Shown in pieces: positions 12,620 through 23,780 of a stretch of 64,000 nucleotides of DNA. Source of the stretch: Octopus sinensis (taxonomy: Eukaryota). The stretch spans positions 248,001 to 312,000 of the forward strand of contig NW_021832126.1 in assembly GCF_006345805.1 (NCBI RefSeq). Reading direction: 5' to 3'. Positions within the stretch are counted from its first letter, which is position 1. Each line of letters starts with the position of its first letter. Under the pieces are notes generated by a model. That model saw only the letters and a program-made list of their open reading frames with translations, was not told the origin of the DNA and made no database searches. Position numbers and translations under genes: made by a program.

Positions 12620-13950
12620 AACAAGATCGGGGAAACTCAGAAACTCCTTGTTGGACTCCAGAACACGATGGAATATAATTAATATTGGCCGTGCACCAGA
12701 CTGGATTGTTTTCCATATGAGCTATGAATATAGCTGTATATTGGTGGGTAGTATGTGAAGAAATTAGAGGTGCACCGATTAATCGGCCGATAATCGGTAA
12801 TCGGCAAAATCTGCCGATTAATCGGTAATGTAATTATTTTCCGAAATACAATTGTATACAACAAAACGTTAAAAAAACAAAATTTCAGGAATAATATTTT
12901 CCGAAAAATATTTTCTGGAGGGAATACAATAATTTGGAATAATATGATTTAGTAATCGAATGAAACCAATATCACCAACAAATGAATAGGGTAATAAATT
13001 AACTGCAATCATTTCTCCAATTAATTTATGAATTATTTTTGATTTATGATCGTCAATATTCCACATATTTTTCTTTTCTATAACTTGAGTAAGTGTTAAC
13101 TGCTTCAATTGAGCAAAAGGTCGTTTTTTCTGTAACACAATTTGTTCTTCCGCTAATTGTTCACTATGATAAACCCTAAGATGATTTATCATATTAGATG
13201 TTGTAAATGTCTTTCGCGTTCGTCCTCCTCTTGATATTAAAATATCGCATAATTTACATACGCAAAAAAACGAATTATCGTCTGAGACATCAAAAAATTT
13301 CCATACAACGCTCGACATGTTAAACAAAATATTTAATTACATTTTTAATAAAATAAATTACATATAAATATATTTTTATGTATAATATAATGGCCGATTA
13401 ATCGGTATCGGTGAAATTGGCCGATAATCGGTAATCGGCAAAATTCAAAAATGGTTATCGGTGCATCACTAGAAGAAATCCTCCAGAATTGTATTACGTC
13501 GTATCGAGTTGAAGGCATTTTTAATATCAATTTTGACGATTACGAAAGGAATGTTCTTGTTCTTGTCGGTGAATGTTCGGACAGCATGAACTGTCGCCTC
13601 ACAATTATAACGGAGAACATTACGTGTCGAATTGTTTTTGGCATTGTCCCTGATAGCATCCTGTTCATTAGTTTGGTGATAGCCAGCACGAGCCTGACCC
13701 CAGAGCCCCGTGTTACGAGCGATAAGATCTTTGAGGTGACCCGGAAGGAGCCCATCAATCCACCACTGCTGCTCAGGACGAAAGAGAGAATCCCATTTGT
13801 TACGTCCTCTTCAAGTAGAATGGGTAATTGTCTCGGGCAAGGTGAAAGAGCGGAGGTTGTTGGGAGAGTTGGGTGGCACTCAACAGGTGATGCATAGGAC
13901 TGTTCAGACGGCTCAATTATACGGTGTTGATCTGCAAGGGTCCTCACAGC
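12620..13950 (-). mobile_element. Degenerate CRE-like RT fragment interrupted by an Ac-type hAT
   Basis: LSSSGGL(D)G, VKIDIKNAFNSIRRN on the right of the hAT, and SCSGVQQG on the left. Confidence 0.7.
12765..13471 (-). mobile_element. Internally deleted Ac-subfamily hAT with BED zinc finger ORF (12869-13327)
   Basis: Imperfect TIRs TAGAGGTGCACCGAT / TAGTGATGCACCGAT; 8-bp TSD GAAGAAAT (12757-12764, 13472-13479); subterminal AATCGG repeats; BED finger WKFF...CKLC...HLRVYH. Confidence 0.9.
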
Positions 13951-16422
13951 AGCACGGATTTTACCCTCCGAAAGTTTTTGACGGATCGCACTTCTTAGTC
14001 TCCGAGTATCAGAGATAGTTGATTTCTTAAATATAATTTCAATTGAATTAAAAAAATTTGTGTTGCTTAGATATTATTATAGGCACTTTCGCGCTGTCAT
14101 GGATCATGACAAAGCTTGTGTAGCACAGGAAACAATACGAATACAGTGAAACCTCTTGAATCCGCCGCTTCTCGAATTCGCTTATTTTAATCAAAAATTT
14201 AAAATTTCCTATGAATGATTCTTGAATCCGCTTGTTTCTCGAATCCGCTCCTCAGGTATTATGAAAAATAATTTTTAATTAACATTTTAAAATTTTTATT
14301 ACACGTTAAATTATATTTTTGTGATGCGTCGTTGTGTTAGACCAGTGATTCTTAACGGGGGCGCTGGCGCCCCCCTGGGGGCGCTGGAACATATTAGGGG
14401 GGCGCTGGAATTTTAATTTTTTTAATTATTAAAATTTTATTAGTTTTTGTAAATCATTATCACGTGCTTTTCTATTAATTCTAAATTCAAATTGTCTTGT
14501 GTGTACGTAAAAAAATTATTCACTGATAATATTTATAAATATTTGTTAATTGTATTTAATATTTTAGAACTTTTTAATAAATATTTTAATTATATTTTAT
14601 AGATGTCTGATAAAAAAGTAAAACGACGTATATATTCGGATGAATACCTAAAGTTTGGAGTGATACCCTACGACCATAACAATTCACTTCCAATGTGTCT
14701 TATGTGTAAAAAGGTCTTTACAAATGAAGGAATGAAGCCTTCAAGAATGCTAAATCATCTTAAGATTTGTCATCCTGACAAACTTGATGCGGATATCAAT
14801 TATTTTTCTAATCTGAAATATAATTATGAAAATCGTCTTATGATTAATCAACTATTTACAAAAAATTCGAAGATGCTTGAAAAGGCCTATTAGCATCATA
14901 CAAAATATCGCAATTGATAGCGAAATCAGGAAAACCTCATACTATTGGAGAGTCATTAATATTACCAGCTATCAAAGAAGTGTTAAATTCAATGGTTGAT
15001 TGTGATTCTGAACAAATAATTTCATCAATTCCTTTGAGTAATAGTTCTGTTTCTTCCAGAATTGATGAAAAATTACAACTTTATGAAAACCATATAAGAA
15101 AAAGATTTTTATTAATTTTCCAAATCTACAAAAATTTGGGGTTATTTTTTTGTAATAATATTTATTAGGTCGAAAAATTAACGGATTCTGACTGTGAATG
15201 CTTTTGCTTGCATCTAAAAATGTTAAAAGATGACATGAAAATCCGCTTTGAAGATTTAGAAAATTTAAAATTTTTTGATTGGTATATAAATCCATTTGAA
15301 ACTGAAAACGTTAATTATCTCAAGAAATAACAGAAAATTTATTAAATCTGAAATATGACTTTGAAGCTAAAGTCATTTTCAACAAATATGGATATCAACA
15401 ATTCTGGGTTACTCATAGAAAAAAATATCCTTATTGTGGAATGAAATTGAAACACTTATAATAGCATTTCCTTCAACATATCTAGTTGAAAGAGGATTTA
15501 GTGCAGTCTCTAATATTTTGACCAAAAAAAGAAATAAATTACAAATTGTGAATAGAGGAGATTTGAGACTAAGTCTGTCGACTATTGAAGCTGACATAAA
15601 ACGATTGACAATTCCCATCAAGCACAAGGCAGTCACTAAAATTTTTTATATAAAAAATTTTGGTTTGTGAATACCCTTTTTAATTCTAAAAAAATAATAA
15701 GTAACTAGCTCGGCAGCTCGCTTCGCTCACCGCGACCTAGCTCCTGCGGAGGGCCTGTTTTCATCAAACAACTATAAGTTTATGTAGATGTATAAAACTA
15801 CCTGGTTTAATGTAACCCTATTCTATCGCCTGTTGATAAACGATGTTTGTCGTCCGTCCTTCCTTGGCATATATGAATAAATTTTCTCTTCTGCCTACCC
15901 TCGAGCATCCCACATACAGCTGTCCATGTGAAAAGCACTCACTCTCTAAAAATAACCCAACTACCTTTAATGACTGTCCCTGGGCCTTGTTTATTGTCAT
16001 TGCAAAACTCATCCTCAAAGGAAATTGCAAGCCTTTTAAATCTAAATGGTAATTCATCAGAAATTATCGGAATTCGTGGAATATAAACATCCTCACCACC
16101 TCAATACTACCTGTTAATATCGTCGCCTCTATTACGTTAGCCATCTTTCTTCAGCTTCATTTTTCCTCCTTCGGTTATCTATTTAAAAAATTATTTTTGA
16201 ATAATAAAAAATATTAGGAAAAAAGAGGCATACAGAAAATAAATTCTATCTTTACGAAAACTTCTTTTCTTAAGGTCGTCTTCCCTCTTTCGGTTATCTA
16301 TTGAAAAATTATTTTTGAATAATAAAAAAATTTAGGAAAAGAGGCATACCGAAAATAATTCTATCTTCACGAAAAACTTAACTAAATAGCTATATTTTTA
16401 CGCAAATTCTTCTGATTGCGCT

Positions 16423-16730
16423 GTCAATTGGTGGTAAATTGTGTTAATGATTGTGCTAATGTGGTTTCAACTATCAAAGTGTTTTTCAAAATCAGTTAAT
16501 TGCACACTCTATTCAAGGTCGTGCGTCAATTGGTGGTAAATTGTGTTAATGATTGTGCTAATCTGGTTTCAACTATCAAAGTGGTTTTTTTCAAAATCAG
16601 TTAATTGCACACTCTATTCAAGGTCGTGCGTCAATTGGTGGTAAATTGTGTTAATGATTGTGCTAATCTGGTTTCAACTATCAAAGTGGTTTTTCAAATC
16701 TGTTAATTGCACACTCTATTCAAAGTCGTG
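16423..16730. repeat. About 103-bp tandem repeat, 3 copies, inside the Helitron
   Basis: GTCAATTGGTGGTAAATTGTGTTAATGATTGTGCTAAT recurs at about 16423, 16526 and 16630. Confidence 0.9.
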
Positions 16731-16944
16731 CAATCTGTGATTGCACATTCTGTCAAAGTCAAATATGATAATAGCTTTAATTTTGATTCATGGTCGATAA
16801 TGATATATGCATTAATTTTAAAGAGAAAAACATAGGATGAATTGAATTTCTTTATCGCGAATAATTGGGAGTTCATCATTGTTAATATTCTCGCTGTCGT
16901 TTTCATCAAGGATATCTTAATACGTGAGATTTTTGCCTTGAAGG

Positions 16945-17915
16945 TTTTAATGGACCTCATCATGAATGTCGAGGACATTCGCGTTGTTCATTTAATCAAA
17001 ATGCAGAAAATAATTTTTTGATTTTTTGGGGGGGAAGGTTTTAAGGACTTCATCATGTAAGTCGAGGACATTGTAGTTGTTCATTTTAACCAAAATGCAG
17101 AAATTTTTTTTAATTTTTTTTGGGGGGAAGGTTTTAAGGACTTCATCATGTAAGTTGAGGACATTGTAGTTGTTCATTTTAACCAAAATGCAGAAAATTT
17201 TTTTTTAATTTTTTTGGGGGGAAGGTTTTAAGGACTTCTCATGTAAGTCGAGGACATTGTAGTTGTTCATTTTAACCAAAATGCAGAAATTTTTTTTTAA
17301 TTTTTTTTGGGGGGGAAGGTTTTAAGGACTTCATCATGTAAGTCGAGGACATTGTAGTTGTTCATTTAACCAAAATGCAGAAATTTTTTTTAATTTTTTT
17401 GGGGGGAAGGTTTTAAGGACTTCATCATGTAAGTCGAGGACATTGTAGTTGTTCATTTTAACCAAAATGCAGAAAATTTTTTTTAATTTTTTTTGGGGGG
17501 AAGGTTTTAAGGACTTCATCATGTAAGTCGAGGACATTGTAGTTGTTCATTTTAACCAAAATGCAGAAAATTTTTTTTTAATTTTTTTTGGGGGGAAGGT
17601 TTTAAGGACCTCATCATGTAAGTCGAGGACATTGTAGTTGTCATTTTACCAAAATGCAGAAATTTTTTTTTAATTTTTTTTGGGGGGAAGGTTTTAAGGA
17701 CTTCATCATGTAAGTCGAGGACATTGTAGTTGTTCATTTTAACCAAAATGCAGAAAATTTTTTTTTTTAATTTTTTTGGGGGGGAAGGTTTTAAGGACTT
17801 CATCATGTAAGTCGAGGACATTGTAGTTGTTCATTTTAACCAAAATGCAGAAAATTTTTTTTTAATTTTTTGGGGGGGAAGGTTTTAAGGACCTCATCAT
17901 GTAAGTCGAGGACAT
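16945..17915. repeat. About 93-bp tandem repeat, 10-11 copies, inside the Helitron
   Basis: Unit AAGGACTTCATCATGTAAGTCGAGGACATTGTAGTTGTTCATTTTAACCAAAATGCAG...T-run/G-run; copies differ mainly in homopolymer length. Confidence 0.93.
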
Positions 17916-17946
17916 CGTATTGCCAATTTGAAGTTGGTGTGCACAC

Positions 17947-17977
<31 letters not shown>

Positions 17978-19063
17978 CACAGACAGACAGACACACAGAC
18001 AGACACACACCATAACCATTTTATTATTAAGATATTCGAAAATATTAAAATGAAACAATTGGCGAAAAAATTGCCAATAAATCTATAATTGAAAAAAAAT
18101 AAATTAATAATAGGGGGGCGCCTGAAATTTTGAAGCTTCGAAATTGTGTCAAAAGGGGGCGCTGACTTAAAAAAGGTTAAGAACCACTGTGTTAGACTTT
18201 CTATCAACGAAAAAATTTCTATACTACGTTATATTTCTGACAACCCATTTGTTTCTTCACCTCAAATTTCGAGGATTTTTTCTTCACGATAAAAAAAGAA
18301 AATTTTTACCGAGAACTATAAACGACCTAAAATCAAAATCGGACCTTTTGAATAGGACTGCTATCAAAAAATTAAACATAATGAGAATTCCAAAACTCAA
18401 ATTTAATGAAATTGATGTAGTGATGATAACATGGATTGACTCAATGGAATCTAATGGACCAATTCAATCAGATTCGATGTTAATTGCAAAAGCTCCTAAA
18501 TTTGGAAAAATGATCCAGAATTTAAAGCAAGTCGTGGGTGGCTAGAAAAGTTTAAATTACGAAATGGTATCAAGTTAAGAAAATTTCATGGAGACAGTGG
18601 ATCAGTAAATCATGATGAAAAATTTATTGCTGATTTTAATGAAACAATCAGTTTAAAAATTGAAAAATATGGATTGGACAATGTCAATAATTCAGATGAA
18701 ACTGGTGTTTTTTACAAGGCGATTCCTTCTAAAAGTGTGTGCACTAAATCAAGGCCTGGAATAAAGTTGTCGAAAGATCGATTTTCTTTACTATTATGCG
18801 CAAATTGTTTTGGTTCCGATAAAAGAAGGCCTGTAATGATAGGAAGATCCAAAAGTGCAAGATGTTTTTAAAATTTCAACATTGGAAAATATTTTACCTA
18901 CACCAATTCCAATAAGACATGGATGAACCGTGAAATTTTTAACAAGTGGCTCAGTTATTTTGATTGTGAACTTGCGAAGAAAAAAGAAAATTCTACTTGA
19001 AATAGATAAATGATCTTCAAAAATATTATAAAATTTTTGAATATAAATAATTTTATGTATTCA

Positions 19064-19592
19064 GTCATTTGTATATTTTTTTTTGTCTAACGAGACTTTT
19101 TTTCAAAATGGGGAATAAGTTATACACGAATTAATAAAGAGCCTGGAGGTCAGCTCAAAGTCGCCGCACTGCGTATTGAGTGGCAGTTTCCGCGGAGCAC
19201 TGCGACCGAGATTCGCTGGAAGAGCCAGCTCGTCTTCCTCCGGTCGTTGGTCTTCTTGGCAATTCTCCTGGCAATGTCGGCAAGAAGGCAAGTCGCAGAC
19301 CTGCCGACAATTCCAGATGTTTCGAAGGCGAGGGGGATAAACTCGTAAGGAAAGCGTCCTGACGGGATGACTACCTTCCCTTTCAGGGAAGGCAAGTCCC
19401 TGATTTGGGACGCAACTTGTGTTGACTCGTTCTCCGCATCGGTGTTACTCAAGTCCATCACTAACCCGGGTTCTGCCAGTGCTCAGGCTGAGGAGGCTAA
19501 GAGGTCGAAGTATGGAAATATTTCGGACTCTTACGAGTTTGTCCCCCTCGCCTTCGAAACATCTGGAATTGTCGGCAGGTCATTTGTATATT
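19064..19592 (-). mobile_element. Short CRE-like insertion with 5' inversion, poly(A) tail and 14-bp TSD
   Basis: TSD GTCATTTGTATATT (19064-19077, 19579-19592); T-run next to the left TSD; REL C-terminus on minus (19150-19349); upstream REL part KRPDG...WDATC on plus (19351-19581). Confidence 0.88.
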
Positions 19593-20147
19593 AAAAGAAA
19601 TATTTAATCTATATTGTAAGTTCATGTTTCAACTATAAAATATTATTTAAATTGCCTCTCGAATCCGCCGATTTTGGGACCGACCAAAAAATCGGCGGAT
19701 TCGAGAGGTTTTACTGTAATTAGTTTATTCCATTTCCCGCGATCTTGGGCGACGTCCCGTAGTGCATCGTGATCGTCCCCGTCCTTCAATTCTTTACACT
19801 CTTTAGGTCTTTTTTCTAATTTTATACGTTGTCGATTAGTTAATTTGTAAATTAGAAAATTAAACTTGAAAATTATAAAATTAAAGTTTTTTTGGTATAG
19901 ATTTGAAGCTTCTTTAAATTCTTCGGGAAAAGAATTAATGTGCCGAATACAACCTCTACGAGAAATTTCATAAAACATGTGATATAAGAAGCTTATTTTC
20001 TAATTGAAAAAAATAAATTAAAAAATTTTGGCCAATTTACTAAGACAATCAATTTAAAAAAGTGAACAGTTTGAAAATCAATTTTCAATTTATTAAAACA
20101 ACGTAAATTGAACAAAAGATAAGGAAGAATAAAATTGACTAATAAAA

Positions 20148-22209
20148 TCAAAATTCAAACAAATCATTAGGAGCAAGAGCACTGTAGTCAACTAAAGCTC
20201 GGGGATCATTAGTCCTATAGAAATAACAAAAATTCAAAACTGATATCGCCGAGAACCACGTTCTTCTCTGTGTCTTGTCCCCTTCTCTACTTCCCTCGCA
20301 GGTCTATAAGCAGTGGTGGAGGATGGATGAAGAGGGAGACTGGGTCTGAGCGGATCACGAATGTAGTTATTAAAGTAAATAACCCGACAATTGGAAAATA
20401 TATAATACCTCTTCCTTACACTCGGCTATCTTGTCGCCATACTTATTGAATATATGTTTATGCACAAATTCTGGCCCTTTGAACTTTTTCCCACTCAGAG
20501 GACACAAAAACTTTTCTACTGCCAACTCCTGAGTATTCTCATCAAGAAACTTGTTCACAGCACTGCCAGTCTAACGACATAAACCACCTCTCCTCGTCCC
20601 TCAACCCCAGTTGGCGTGCCTCCTCATCACTCAAACGAGTACAACACTTGAAAAGTGGCTCCAACCGCTTCCTTGCTTCATCCAACCAGTCCTCCACTAC
20701 TACCACATCCAACATTCCCACAACCCTGTTCAGAAATAAACGACTCCGACAGAGTAAAATCTGAAGGACGGACATGAAGAACGAGACACTTGCAGGGCAT
20801 TTGGTCTTCCAGGACATACTCCACTCCCTTGTAAAAGTCGACAGAGTAGACGACTCGAAGGTATAGAATGAGTGTATCCAAATACTCCAAAAGAGACATA
20901 TCCGTGACTTTGGCCACGTCTCTTTTCCTCAAATACTCGCTAGTCTTCAATCCGAGGCACTCCACCATTCCAAAATCACCCGAATCCACCACAAACCGGT
21001 CCATATTCTGCAAAAACGGATTACTCTGTGTATTCAGAACATACACACCACCTCACTCCACACACCCCAATAGGCGTCCAGCACAGCCACAAGTCGAGCA
21101 CAAGCCAACAAATCAGCCCGAACAACACGACTACAACACGAATTGGGAGTGACAGGCTTAATTCTGTCTGCATACATATTGTGCTCAATCACCCCCGACA
21201 ATTCACATTCCTTCAACTACACACTCCTCAACACTGCCTTACTCGCAGTTGATTCACATTCCAACATATGTCTTTGATATTCACTGAAGACTGGAATGTC
21301 AACCACGTGCGTCTGAGCCACCTTCGGTTGGGGGATGGGTCTTGGAGAGCACATCGAATAAACCCTTCATATTGTCTCCCCAACTACACATATTTCACTC
21401 AATCCAACCGCCTCCACTTCTTTCCTCGTTATGTCAGGAGTTATACTTCCAAATGACAGTGCTTGGTGGCGGTGGAGTCCTGGCCACTCACCTTTGCCAT
21501 TCAAATCCTCTTCTCCCCCATTTTTAGACATGTTTCTGACTATTTAATAACAAATTCACTTTTTGGCAACACTTTGGCTTGGATCGAGGATATTGAGATC
21601 ATCATGTGTACCTCCCTCCAGTAATATGACAACTAAAGTCTCAAAACAGCCAAATACCAGCGTCCAGGAATCTCTCAATGTCAGAGGAGTTGTTTATCTC
21701 TAAACTAATGGGGGATGGTCTCCAATTTTCCCACAGCCACTGGAATATCCTCAATCTCTCCTCAATTGCCTTCTTTCTTTCAGTTTGAACCACGACGGAG
21801 TCTTTTGGGTGATACTTTTGCCGGAACCTTAAAAATGAGTTGAATGGGACAATGCCATTCTTCGTTTTTGTGATTTTCAAAAAAGTTTGAAACAAGTTTG
21901 TTCTGAAAGTTGTCTTTAAATATTGTGTATTTTCTTTGGGCTTCAGCGTCGTCGATTCCGTCGTCTTGGGTGGCCAGAAATTGTTTAAATGTAAGTAATT
22001 GTGGTTTGTAGTTCTGCTCACTGTCGTGTGGCTTGGATCGCTTGAAGGAATGTTCGTCGGAAGAACCGGAATATCTCGTCCGTTTACGACTGTGAGATAA
22101 TTTGTGGTCTCTAAATATTTATTTGTTTAAATTCTTGCCTATCGTTTCGATAGCGATCACGGGATTTATATCTATCGCTATCCACACTGTCATTGCTTGA
22201 CCACGTCAT
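20148..22209 (-). CDS. SRRT: Serrate RNA effector ARS2, multi-exon with micro-introns
   Basis: After splicing: TFKQFL...[82 protein letters not shown] at 22209, stop at 20148-20150. Some internal exon boundaries were not resolved. Confidence 0.93.
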
Positions 22210-22667
22210 TTCAAAACACTTTTTTATTTTATTAAATTAATATTTATAAATCTCAAGAATTTAAAAAAAGGCATTGGTAAAAAATATTTAAAAAATCGTG
22301 ATCTAATTATGTTTCACATGTCTATATTCATCTCTTTCTGACAAGATTTCTGTAAAAGTAATTCAGACACAAATTGTACAAACCCCAGCTGGAACTGATC
22401 AACCTATCTCATAACTTTTCTTACTTCTTGTGTACGTGGAGTCCTACATTGGTGAATATCTGATATAATTTGTAGAAAGTACAACTTATTTGATTCCCGC
22501 GTCGGAGATGCAATCAATCTCATCAGATTTTTTATTATGATCGAAACACGACTGGACATCTCAAAAACATGCTCTTTGCTGAAATCGAAAATTCACTTTC
22601 TCCCATTCAAAAAATTATTTTTTGTATCGAATTTAAGCGATGCTAAAAAGTGTTAATATATATTTAA

Positions 22668-22973
22668 TTAGCAGGAGAGGATAAGATGGAATGGCAATTC
22701 CCGCGCAAGATGGCGTTGGAAAAGCCATGTTCGTTCCCGATGATCATTTCTCCTTCTGCTTGCCAAGTCCCTCAGTTTAATAAGGAATTTTTTAGTTCTG
22801 GGACCAAGGACTCCCGACCTCTCCACTGCGATCGGGGTAAAGATATGACGGTGTGATAATGCACTGTATTTCTTGATTTTTAGCTTTTCTGCCATTATTT
22901 TTTTAGTTATTGGAGTATACCTTTTTGTAATTTTGTGTAATATATCTGGCTGGGAACTATCAGTGTTGTACAA
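22668..22973 (-). mobile_element. CRE-like REL 3' fragment
   Basis: KKY...FTPIAVERSGVLGP...DHRERTWLFQR. Confidence 0.75.
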
Positions 22974-23780
22974 TATTATTTTGGTTTATAAGTTTGACCA
23001 GCAAAAGCATTTCAAATGAAAAGGCAATTTTTTAATTTGCTAAATTTTTTAAATGAAAAAAAGTTGATGAAAATCTCACAAACGAAATTTCGAGATCAGA
23101 GGGCTCCGACCCGGAAGATTCCATATAATCTAATCAAAACGAATCTCATTATTGGTTTAAACTTGCATACAAAGTGCTTCTCAAAAAAGGTCAGTTCGAC
23201 TGTTTGAGGCCCAGGTCTGATTTAGCAGGAAATAAATCACTCGACAATAATATGGCACAATCAAAAAAGAGGCAGTATCGACAAATATTCCTCGCGGCGA
23301 CACTGATTTCCAAACGGCCTAAATAATTAATTTCACTTTCTGGTTAAATCGACGTGTTGAGTCTACTTCCTCAGACATTGATCGAATTGTATGTTTTATA
23401 GAATTCAGATTTATCTGGTCTGTTTACATTTTATGATTGAGGTTATACCAATATTATATATATCATGTTATTTTGGCTATTGACTGCAACTTAGTGCTTC
23501 TCATATCCAAAATAGTTGTTCGACTTGCAACCCTTTAATAAAGGAGTCCTCGATGAGTGCCGGAATTTAACTTGAAGCATCGAGAGTTATTGCGGTCAAA
23601 CTGTACCTCACGAATGCCTTTTACTCTTTCAGTGCACGTGTCCTAATATTTATGGTTATTAAGACCAACTCATACTGATGAGAAGAGCAAATTAATTATT
23701 CAATTTCATGATGAAAAAAATGATTGAAGAAAAAAATAAGAAAAAAGATACCAGCACAACTATACCATTTTCAAGTCAAT

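Larger units (their letters stand above)
15705..18032 (-). mobile_element. Non-autonomous Helitron nested in the hAT
   Basis: Minus strand begins TC (18032), ends CTAG (15705) and sits in an A|T target. GC-rich subterminal stretch with GAGCGAAGCGAGC; (GTCT)n microsatellite near the 5' end; Pif1 helicase C-terminus QFPLRMSFAMTINKAQGQSL...FSHGQLYVGCSRV (15818-16057). Confidence 0.88.
14343..18189 (+). mobile_element. Internally deleted Buster-type hAT (ZBED8-like) nested in the pogo element
   Basis: TIRs CAGTGATTCTTAAC / CAGTGGTTCTTAAC; TSD TGTTAGAC (14335-14342, 18190-18197). Transposase pieces 14603-15640 (CLMCKKVF...HLKICH, FPSTYLVERGFS). Confidence 0.9.
14144..19716 (+). mobile_element. 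Degenerate pogo/Tigger element hosting three later insertions
   Basis: 23-bp TIRs CAGTGAAACCTCTTGAATCCGCC / CAGTAAAACCTCTCGAATCCGCC with TA on both sides. Transposase relics at 18190-19020 (NSDETGVFY, RFSLLLCANC, TWMNREIF). Confidence 0.88.

Noticed and set aside
16992-18207. Repeated short ORFs (MVKMNNYNVLDLHDEV...)
   Set aside because: These are translations of the 93-bp tandem repeat and the GTCT microsatellite, with frames broken by homopolymer length changes.
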